Source of the DNA: Candidatus Kapaibacterium sp.
GTDB taxonomy: Bacteria; Bacteroidota; Ignavibacteria; Kapaibacteriales; UBA2268
NCBI GenBank assembly: GCA_963665665.1
Contig: OY762428.1
Span: forward strand, 4,128,001-4,192,000
Reading direction: 5' to 3'
DNA: 64,000 bases
Below are positions 21,301 through 28,789 of this stretch, one piece after another (position 1 is the stretch's first letter; every line of letters starts with the position of its first letter). The notes under the pieces are model-generated. The model did not search any database. It saw only the letters and a program-made list of their open reading frames with translations, and was not told the DNA's origin. The position numbers and the translations under genes were made by a program.

Positions 21301-22103
21301 ATGTGGACGGAAGCGACTACTACGTTGAGCTTACAAATGATTACAATCCCTTTTCCACAGTTTATTACGGCCTGATGGAAGCCTTCTCGCTAAAAATTGA
21401 CGACAATGAAAATATCGAAAACAAACCTGTTTACATTAATCCGCCTACAAGAGTAAAAAATACTGTTCAGCGATGGTCGGAGATCAGTTTTATTGATGAT
21501 AAAATGATAATCGAAAAGAAGAATGTTAAAACTGGCGGAAACGCTTCCATAATGCGTAGCGGGTACAGGGACGAAGGTGAAGAGCAGCGCATGAAAGATA
21601 TGCAGGAAGCTGTAAGCGACGAATTCCCCTCACTGAAAGTCACCCGGCTTGAATTTGATGATAATTTATATACAACCGGGGACACTCTGTCCTACCGCTA
21701 TGCCTACGAAGTGTATAATCCCATGACCAATATTGCAGGATTGTCATTATTCAAAATTCCATTATCCGACGGACTTAAGCCGGCAGATTTCCTGCCGCTT
21801 ATGGATAGAAAGTTCCCACTGGATATATGGCCTGTTTCGGGCGTGGATAATGAAACAGAATATTTGACAATAAATATTCCCGAGGGAATGATAATTGCAG
21901 AGTTACCTGAAAATACTATCCTGCAGGGGCCCGGAGCTAGCTACAAAATGGAATTTAAACTGAACGGGAACAAATTGGAGATAATCCGGAAAATTGAATA
22001 TAAAACTGATGAAATTCCGGCAGATAAATATAATGCCTTCAAGGACTTTTACGGTAGTGCCCTTACGTCCGATACAAGGCAGATTGCACTTAAGAAAAAA
22101 TAA
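18327..22103 (+). CDS. TPR + DUF3857 / transglutaminase-like domain protein
   Basis: Signal peptide, TPRs, GDCKD and FDHCIA transglutaminase-like motifs. Confidence 0.85.
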   Translation: MCKRTIQLIALAFVFIFSNAYSGQTDYEKAWEELFNNNEKEAAKLFLKAAEDKSGPDSKFGWLMLAMIENQVETEKFAGFNYFQNFIKEEKNPEPYIFALWPTMAVNSGYNAKDERQLDFLNSILESNKYSGTLKAMAAEMIAKHYDQKMEWDDADEYYSMMGAIMDWSFAGEFENISASGFDKNYPPVFKPENDNVFTNKYGAEVSWFSCDKTRTGEWIRFTKHFYFHNAIIYAQTFVNSPKEQTAFIRVGTSGSLKIFVNDSLALSESEERNNNLDTYITEVTLSKGFNRLLLQIGESEAGDSNFMCRITDKEGNPINGLSVQPVYSKSGTAYKPYKGIKPVVHQLDPEKYFEDMLEKYPGNPVFTLMLSETYLLNDKVQKARMVFEKLAEKHPDCVFLLVKEVTVLLRDDNRTELSRKVEKIRDIDPNQPFALTVNFQEAMDNKEYEEAAEYLKSLEDYYDKEIADVYNFRIQLASARQETQKMIELIQEAYAKYPENQAFVNMMFMVQNRVFQDKSKAVDILEDYLDEHFSVSMLKTRAGFYLNDGDMQDAFDLLEVLVESEPDNDSHLNYIGELYYDLGKYAKAREYFSKCIEIAPYVGSYHADMAKTYEQENFVGDAVKLYEKCIYYSPTDYDVRAKIRELKGNRPIFEFFDEPDLYALFENAPEQDKYPEDNSLILLDEVQRVVYGRGASEEKHYMAVKIFNASGIDAWKEMYVPYSNQRYNIEKAEVIKKDGSKIKAEISGSHVVFTTLEEGDGIIIIYKLQDSRHVGLEGNFWDKHYFSMYVPYLKSKYSLLINPDIEFEHRVINSEMKPEITDVNSFKMYVWEKLDQPSIKYETLMPGLGDVGEILHISSIPDWDYVSKWYSRLAKTKAKSDIEVRELVRELFDGKDNLKESEIVRMIYDYIVKNIRYSYVSFRQSGMIPQKASKTINTKIGDCKDVSTLFVAMCSEMDVNSQLVLVDTRDNGKLDMALPSIDFDHCIAAVNVDGSDYYVELTNDYNPFSTVYYGLMEAFSLKIDDNENIENKPVYINPPTRVKNTVQRWSEISFIDDKMIIEKKNVKTGGNASIMRSGYRDEGEEQRMKDMQEAVSDEFPSLKVTRLEFDDNLYTTGDTLSYRYAYEVYNPMTNIAGLSLFKIPLSDGLKPADFLPLMDRKFPLDIWPVSGVDNETEYLTINIPEGMIIAELPENTILQGPGASYKMEFKLNGNKLEIIRKIEYKTDEIPADKYNAFKDFYGSALTSDTRQIALKKK

Positions 22104-22130
22104 GCTTCGTTTCAATTTTTTTAGTGTTTT

Positions 22131-22172
22131 CAGATGTCCGACACCCCCGGGGTATCGGACATCTGTTTTTTT
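22131..22172 (+). terminator. Intrinsic terminator
   Basis: CAGATGTCCGA-CACCCCCGGGGTA-TCGGACATCTG followed by T7. Confidence 0.75.
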
Positions 22173-22232
22173 AAGCTCCGTAGGAGCTTTTTCCCTCCTT
22201 CCGAAGGAGGTGGCCGGGGGGAGGTAGGAAGG

Positions 22233-23387
22233 GTCGAAAGCAAAGAACCAAAGTTTTAACCTATTGCTGCCTTGTTCGGAATCATTGCCGCCTTGTTTGT
22301 AAGCAAAGAAAGAAAACCACCCCTGTATTCCCCTCCTACTTTAGGAGGGGATAAGAAGTTAAATAACATAAGATTAACTCCCCCTCCTTTTGAAGGAGGG
22401 GGACGGGGGGAGGTAGGAAGGGTCTAAGTTATTGCACTGATGTTCTAACTCATTGCCGCCTTATTCTTCTTCAAAGCCCTCTCCTTCGGGGAGGGTTTGG
22501 GAGGGGTCGGAGTCATTGAGGTCTTGTTTGCACCTATTGCAGCAATGTTTTGCTTTATTGCTGCCTTGGTCGGAGGCATTGCTGCCTTGTTCCAAAGCAA
22601 AGAAAGAAAACCACCCCTGTATTCCCCTCCTACTTTAGGAGGGGATAAGAAGTTAAATATCATAGAATTAACTCCCCCTCCTTTTGAAGGAGGGGGGCGG
22701 GGGGAGGTAGAAAGTGTCGAAAGCAAAGCACCAATGGTTTAACCTATTGCTGCCTTGGTCTAAGTTATTGCACTGATGTTCTAACTCATTGCCGCCTTAT
22801 TCTTCTTCAAAGCCCGCCCCTTCGGGGAGGGTTTGGGAGCGGTCGATGCCATTGCAGCAATGTTTTGCTTTATTGATGCCTTGTTCGAAGTCATTGCCGC
22901 CTTGTTTGAAGATAATGACGCATTGTTCGAAATCAATGTACCAATGGTCGACGCTATTGCAGCAATGTTTTGCTTTATTGATGCCTTGTTTGAAGTCATT
23001 GCTGCCTTGGTCGGAGTCATTGCCGCCTTGTTCGAATCCATTGCTGCCTTGGTCGAAGTTATTGACGCCTTGGTTGAAGTTATTGCTGCCTTGTTCGGAG
23101 TTATTGCTGCCTTGGTCGAAGTCATTGATGCCTTGGTTGAAGGCATTGACGCCTTGGTCGAAGTTATTGACCCCTTGTTCGGAGTTATTGCTGCCTTGGT
23201 CGAAGTTATTGACGCCTTGGTCGAAGTCATTGCTGCCTTGGTCGAAGTTATTGACGTCTTGGTTGAAGATAATGAACTCTTGGTCGACACTATTGCAGCA
23301 ATGTTTTGCTTTATTGCTGCCTTGTTCGAAGTTATTGCTGCCTTGGTCGAAGTCATTGAACTCTTGGTCGGAGGCAAAGAACATGTT
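22233..23387. repeat. 21-nt array A (consensus GTCGAAGTTATTGCTGCCTTG), 55 slots including embedded palindromes
   Basis: Unit starts at 22233+21n, checked by hand. Confidence 0.9.
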
Positions 23388-23723
23388 CAGTAAGATCAAC
23401 CAAGTGTTCAGTAAGATCAACCAAGTGTTCAGTAAAGCCAACCAAGTGTTCAGTAAGGTCAACCAAGTGTTCAGTAAAGCCAACCAAGTGTTCAGTAAAG
23501 CCAACCAAGTGTTCAGTAAAGCCAACCAAGTGTTCAGTAAGGTCAACCAAGTGTTCAGTAAGATCAACCAAGTGTTCAGTAAGATCAACCAAGTGTTCAG
23601 TAAGATCAACCAAGTGTTCAGTAAGGTCAACCAAGTGTTCAGTAAGATCAACCAAGTGTTCAGTAAGATTAACCAAGTGTTCAGTAAGATCAACCAAGTG
23701 TTCAGTAAAGCCAACCAAGCGTT
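23388..23723. repeat. 21-nt array B (CAGTAAGATCAACCAAGTGTT), 16 units
   Basis: Near-perfect tandem repeat with variants AAGATC / AAAGCC / AAGGTC. Confidence 0.97.
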
Positions 23724-24826
23724 CAATGAGGCCAAATTTCACTACATTAAGGCCAAACAGTAGTTCAATACCTCCGGCCAAGGCAGTATAAAGTCCTGCC
23801 AACAAAGTATTTAGCCCAAACATATGGATTCTGGTTCAAAACAGCGTTGAAATAAGGAAATTATCCGGTTCATTGAAACCACAGGTTGGGGAATTAAGGC
23901 CGACGGCCTGTTCATTGGGGTGGAATAATGGGTAAACTGAGCAAAAGAATGAGATGTTATGTTGTCATTCCCCGACACGTCGGGGCAGGCTTCCGGAGCT
24001 TGCGACCGAAGAATCCATCTTTCTTTAGTAGCTGATTCCCTCCTTCCCAAATTGAACTTGGGAATGAATTTTTCCTGCAAAGTTCTACTTTGGAATAGAG
24101 AAGCTCAGCTTCAAAAGAAAACTGCATTACGAAGTACAACTTCGTAATGAGGGAGAATGCATAAAGAATGGATTCTTCGCTGGCGCTCAGAATGACATCC
24201 CAGCCTTATAATCGTCAAATTCAATAGCCACGTGCATTCTCGTGGATAAAGTAGGCTAAGAAAAAGAATCCACCCCGACTCGCTGCGCTCGCCACCCCTC
24301 AACGAGGGGAATTTTAAGAATCCACCCCCGCCAGCGGGGGAAAGTGAGTTGATGTCCCCCTCAACGAGGGGGTGGCCGTTAGGCCGGGGGAGGATTCTTC
24401 GATTTGTAATTATTAGTTTATAAATTAAGAATGGATTCTTCGCTGGCGCTCAGAATGACATCCCAGCCTTATAATCATCAAATTCAATAGCCATGTGCAT
24501 TCTCGTGGATAAAGTAGGCTAAGAAAAAGAAACCACCCCTGCCTGTCCCGACGTGTCGGGAACTCGCTGCGCTCGCCACCCCTGAACGAGGGAAATTTTC
24601 CGGAAATCCATCCCCGCCCTTTCCCGACTCGTCGGCGCCAGCGGTGGACATAAAGCCTCCTTCCCAAGCCCCCGCTTGGGAAGGTCATTTTCCTCAAAGC
24701 TTCTCTTTATGATTTCCTGAAGCTCAGTTTCAAAAGAAAACAGCATTACGAAGTGCAAGTTCGTAATGAGGGAAGAATGACACAGAAGATTATAAAATGT
24801 CTCAGGATTATCAATAAAAAAGTGGA

Positions 24827-25240
24827 TTATTTTTGAAGTTCAATGAATTGGTCAGGTGAAATAATCCTTGTACTTTGATAGGGATCTAAAACCAGAAGGT
24901 CTTTGTCTCCGCTGATAATATAATCTGCTTCTGAGCTTACTGCAAGGGATAAATATTTATTATCTTTTTCGTCCCTGCAGCCCGTTACTTCCTTTGTACT
25001 TTCAATCAGGGTAACATTTTTCGAATATTCGTTAAGAAAAGCCAGCCTCAGATCACGGTCTATATATTTATCGAATTTAGGTCGCATTAAAACTGTTTCA
25101 AGCTCATTCAGTGTCTGGATACTAACAAGGATTTCGCCCTTTCGGCGGGAGAGATCAAAAACTTTACGGGGCTTGCTGAAAGGAAAGCAAAGAGCACTGA
25201 TAATAATATTGGTATCAAGTATTATCTTCAAATCAATCAC
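24827..25240 (-). CDS. PIN-domain putative toxin (TIGR00305-like)
   Basis: IILDTNIIISA...CRDEKDNKYLSLA...IISGDKDLL. Confidence 0.9.
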   Translation of the reverse strand: MIDLKIILDTNIIISALCFPFSKPRKVFDLSRRKGEILVSIQTLNELETVLMRPKFDKYIDRDLRLAFLNEYSKNVTLIESTKEVTGCRDEKDNKYLSLAVSSEADYIISGDKDLLVLDPYQSTRIISPDQFIELQK

Positions 25241-25451
25241 CTGACAGTATTTCGAAGAGTTTATCTTCTGTCAGGCCGTTAGCCATAGCCCGAAATCCTA
25301 CTTTATCCATCAGCAATTCAAGGCCATCCCTGTTTTTATCTTCTTTAAGCCATTCGGAAATTAAAAAATTGAGGCTGTTTTTCCTGTCATTGTCAGCTTT
25401 ATCGAAAAGAAGTGCTGTTTTTTCATCTACAGGTATGCTAATTTCTCTCAT
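25233..25451 (-). CDS. Putative antitoxin
   Basis: 72 aa, overlaps the toxin start; GLTEDKLFEIL C-terminus; GGAG RBS. Confidence 0.75.
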   Translation of the reverse strand: MREISIPVDEKTALLFDKADNDRKNSLNFLISEWLKEDKNRDGLELLMDKVGFRAMANGLTEDKLFEILSGD

Positions 25452-25708
25452 TATACTTACTCCAAATTGAAACTTTGTATAATATACGTAATATTATTGA
25501 AAATCTTTTCAAACATACAATTACCAGTATGACTTATGGTCAATTTTATTACCTGACCACCAAAAATTTCTTTACAGTTTCCTGGTTACCCATCTTCACC
25601 TGCAGGTGATAAACAAATAAATTACGCCTCTTTTATTCAATACTACTCTTCGTCCAAATAGTATCATGTTCCACGGATAAAGCCCCGATGGATAACAATA
25701 ATGTTTTT

Positions 25709-25859
25709 CTCATTCCTAAGCTCTTGCCTGAGAAGGTCATTTTCCTCAAAGCTTCTCTTTATGATTTCCTGAAGCTAAGCTTCGGATGAAAACAGCATTA
25801 CGAAGTGCAACTTCGTAATGAGGGAAGAATAACACATAAGACAAGAAAATGTCTCGGGA
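25709..25859. repeat. ~150-bp multi-hairpin REP-like unit, direct repeat of 24657-24808
   Basis: 45-nt identical core GAAGGTCATTTTCC...CCTGAAGCT at 24680 and 25732; CATTACGAAGTGCAACTTCGTAATG hairpin. Confidence 0.9.
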
Positions 25860-25873
25860 AAAAATACTTCTTA

Positions 25874-26557
25874 TTACAATAAATATTCCCAACTGAGATA
25901 AAGCCCGGCGAGAATGAACAGAACGCCGGTTGCCCTTCTTGCCCAATATTCGAATTTTGCAAGGCTGTTGAATGCTTTACCAACATAATTAGCTGAAAAA
26001 CCGATAATAAAGGCGAAAACTATTACCGGAAGAGCTGTACCGATACCATAAATCAATGGCAGAAAAACCCCTGATTCGTATTTCAGCGAGAGAGGAATAA
26101 GGCTGCCAAAAAATAATCCTGCTGAAACAGGACAGAAAGACAATGCAAAGATGAATCCAAGAACTGCGGCGCCCCACGGCCCCTTGCTCTGAATTTTATC
26201 CTGAAACTTTTGCGACATTGATATACCCCTGCCGAAACTCATATTGATAATTTCCAGCAGGAAAAGCCCTACAATTATCAGAAGCGGCCCGAGAATGATA
26301 TTCAGGTACTTTTGCAGAAAGCGGGCCAGCTCCGGAATGGAAAGCAAACTGCTGACAACAATAACTGAAACTATCAGGTATGCCGCCATCCTGCCGAGAG
26401 TATAGAGCAGCCCCGACAAAAGCACTGCCGGGGCGCTGTCAACTTTTTTACCAATAAAAGATATAGCAGCAATATTTGTTGCCAGCGGGCAAGGGCTTAT
26501 AGAAGTGAGAATACCAAACCACAATGCTGAAAAAACACCTGCTGTGATAAATTCCAT
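25874..26557 (-). CDS. arsG: ArsG-family aminoaromatic arsenical efflux permease (CcdA/DsbD-like TM)
   Basis: TSISPCPLATNIAAISF and LSFCPVSAGLFFG motifs; ars operon context. Confidence 0.8.
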   Translation of the reverse strand: MEFITAGVFSALWFGILTSISPCPLATNIAAISFIGKKVDSAPAVLLSGLLYTLGRMAAYLIVSVIVVSSLLSIPELARFLQKYLNIILGPLLIIVGLFLLEIINMSFGRGISMSQKFQDKIQSKGPWGAAVLGFIFALSFCPVSAGLFFGSLIPLSLKYESGVFLPLIYGIGTALPVIVFAFIIGFSANYVGKAFNSLAKFEYWARRATGVLFILAGLYLSWEYLL

Positions 26558-26980
26558 TTATATTTTTCCAAGATATTTTTTTACTTCATTTTTTAAGTAT
26601 TTCAAATAGTCATTTTTATCTCCTACTTTTTCCCATATCTTTTCCAGGTTCTTCCATTCTTTCTGCTTCCCATTTTCATAGCGTACCAGTACCAGGGCTT
26701 TATTATAAAGTTGATATTTTTCTATGTAGTGTTCGTTTTTTTCTTTATCAAAATTGATAGCCGACCACTTTAGCCTGCCTTCTTTTTTTGCTTTCGAAAA
26801 ATATTTATCGATTGTTTCTTTTGAATAAGCTTCCAGTTTATTGCATGTAGGGCAGCGATAATCGCCGTGGAAATATATTACTTTAACATAACTGCCTTTG
26901 TCGGCTTTTTTATTGGCTATCATTCCTGAAGAAGCCAGCAGTATCATTGCTATGATAATTAATAGATTTTTTGTCTTCAT
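26558..26980 (-). CDS. arsF: ArsF-family thioredoxin-like exported protein
   Basis: Signal peptide; YFHGDYRCPTC; WKNLEKIW. Confidence 0.8.
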   Translation of the reverse strand: MKTKNLLIIIAMILLASSGMIANKKADKGSYVKVIYFHGDYRCPTCNKLEAYSKETIDKYFSKAKKEGRLKWSAINFDKEKNEHYIEKYQLYNKALVLVRYENGKQKEWKNLEKIWEKVGDKNDYLKYLKNEVKKYLGKI

Positions 26981-27051
26981 CTCATACCTCGGTTAAATAA
27001 TAATACTAAAATATATAAAATTTCAATTCGGTTTAATATTTCCAATTTCGC

Positions 27052-27130
27052 GACACTGACCTCCCCAAACCCCTCCGAAGGATGGGCTTACTGCAAAGCC
27101 CTCCCTTTCGGGGAGGGTTGGGGAGGTGTC
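27052..27130. repeat. Stand-alone REP-like palindromic doublet
   Basis: GACAC..ACCTCCCCAAACCCCTCC...AAAGCCCTCCCTTTCGGGGAGGGTTGGGGAGGTGTC; the right half matches the module at 22473-22505. Confidence 0.8.
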
Positions 27131-27239
27131 ATATATATAAGAAAATTATTCAATAATAAATTATTCTACTTACCACAAAGTTATATTTGCCAATTTTAAA
27201 ATCTTTAAAGTTTAGATTTGCCATTTCAAATCAACCAAT

Positions 27240-27479
27240 CTAAGCTTCAATCATTTTTAAAATTTCTTTCACGTTCAATACTTTTCCGGCAGAAACAACT
27301 TTTCCGTCTAAAACAAGGCCGGGAGTCATAATCATGCCGTAAAGCATTATTTTCTGAATATCAGTTACGTATTCAAATTCAAGGTCTTTGCCTGACTGTG
27401 CTATCGCTTCTTTTACATTTTCGGCCAGTTTCTTGCATTTGGCACATCCCGGGCCGAGTACTTTTACTTCTTTCATCAT
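27240..27479 (-). CDS. arsE: MTH895/ArsE-family small thioredoxin-like protein
   Basis: KVLGPGCAKC...MTPGLVLDG; GGAG RBS. Confidence 0.82.
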   Translation of the reverse strand: MMKEVKVLGPGCAKCKKLAENVKEAIAQSGKDLEFEYVTDIQKIMLYGMIMTPGLVLDGKVVSAGKVLNVKEILKMIEA

Positions 27480-27487
27480 AATCTCCT

Positions 27488-28789
27488 TTAAAATAAATAT
27501 CCGTATAATAAACCGCTTATTGTTGACATTATTACAACCAGTGAAACATAGACAATTGTTTTTTTCCACCCGACAACGCTTTTAATAACGAGCATATTGG
27601 GAAGCGATAGTGCCGGGCCTGATAGCAGAAGAGCCAGTGCCGGGCCTTTTGCCATGCCGTTCCCGAGCAGCCCCTGCAGGATGGGTATCTCTGTAAGGGT
27701 GGCGAAATACATAAATGCGCCGACAACCGATGCAAATAAATTGGAAATAACCGAGTTGTCGCCAACGGCCTGGTAAATCCATTCTGCCGGTATTATACCT
27801 TCGTTTCCGGGCCTGCCGAGGGCAAAACCGGCTATCAGTACGCCATAGAACAACAATGGCATAATCTGTTTTGCAAAATCCCAGGTAGCTTCGAACCAGT
27901 CGTTTCCTTCGCCCTCACCTGAGGATGTTGTCCAGGACAAAGCAATCAATGCTGTAATAAAGGGTATCATTGGCTGATTAGCAAAGATAATTGCCATAAG
28001 CAGAACTGCACCGCCGCTGATAAGCAGTTTCGTTCTGTTAATATCAAACCAGAACAAAAGAACCAGCAGCAGAACTATGGCAGACGCACCGCTTAAATAC
28101 CATTTAACAGAATATATCACCGCCCAGAAATCAGCAGCACCTTCGGGTTTGCCCCATGTGGAAAATACGAGTACGGCAACCATCGAAGCAAAATATATTA
28201 TATTTTTCCATAAAGGGCGGGCATTTTCCTCCTCGGGAATTGCCATCTGAATTTCTTCTTTTTCGGCTTCTTCCTTCCTGAAAATGAACTGCATCATTAT
28301 TCCGATAATGATACTGAAAACAACAGCACCAAGCGCCCTTGCTATTCCAATTTCAATACCGAGTACATTTGCCGTCATTATTATTGCCATTACATTTATA
28401 GCAGGGCCAGAATAAAGAAATGCCGATGCAGGCCCCAGACCCGCGCCCATTCTGTAAATACCGGCAAACAAAGGAAGCACCGTGCAGGAACATACCGCCA
28501 GAATTCCGCCCGACATTGAAGCAACACCGTAGGCAATTACTTTATTAGCCTTTGCGCCAAGGTATTTCATAACCGATTGCCTGCTGATAAATACGCTTAT
28601 TGCTCCCGCTATAAAGAATGCCGGAAGAAGGCATAGTACAACATGTTCCCTGGCATACCATTTTGCAAGATAAAGAGCTTCTGCCAGCGCATTATCAAAT
28701 CGTGCCTGGCCTATCGGCAGATAGTAAAATCCGAGAAATACCGCTCCTATAGTTAGTAAGATTTTCCATTCTTTTTTCCATTCCATCAT
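27488..28789 (-). CDS. arsP: ArsP-family (DUF318) permease
   Basis: LAVCSCTVLPLF, FLYSGPAIN, LLSGPALSLP motifs. Confidence 0.82.
   Translation of the reverse strand: MMEWKKEWKILLTIGAVFLGFYYLPIGQARFDNALAEALYLAKWYAREHVVLCLLPAFFIAGAISVFISRQSVMKYLGAKANKVIAYGVASMSGGILAVCSCTVLPLFAGIYRMGAGLGPASAFLYSGPAINVMAIIMTANVLGIEIGIARALGAVVFSIIIGIMMQFIFRKEEAEKEEIQMAIPEEENARPLWKNIIYFASMVAVLVFSTWGKPEGAADFWAVIYSVKWYLSGASAIVLLLVLLFWFDINRTKLLISGGAVLLMAIIFANQPMIPFITALIALSWTTSSGEGEGNDWFEATWDFAKQIMPLLFYGVLIAGFALGRPGNEGIIPAEWIYQAVGDNSVISNLFASVVGAFMYFATLTEIPILQGLLGNGMAKGPALALLLSGPALSLPNMLVIKSVVGWKKTIVYVSLVVIMSTISGLLYGYLF

Larger units (their letters stand above)
22193..24808. repeat. Composite repeat element, copy 1 (21-nt arrays plus clustered REP-like palindromes)
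   Basis: Collinear, highly similar second copy at about 56895-58495. Confidence 0.9.

Noticed and set aside
22233-23723. CRISPR array
   Set aside because: Units are contiguous 21-mers with no unique spacers, and no cas genes are in the window.
22445-23823. Overlapping ORFs in several frames (STKAAIT, LLPWSK, FDQGSNN/LNTWLIL, TEHLVDL) and their equivalents at 56889-58036
   Set aside because: Expected by-product of a 21-nt repeat; no independent support. Not called as CDS, and only the +strand A/B pair is kept as a hypothesis.
23811-24758. Short ORFs such as ...CHSERQRRI..., ACPDVSG (also 58024-58564 and 25746-25986)
   Set aside because: These are translations of REP-like palindromes, a typical source of spurious ORFs.
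24657-25859. Integron or IS element
   Set aside because: No integrase or transposase, and no clear attC core sites or terminal inverted repeats.
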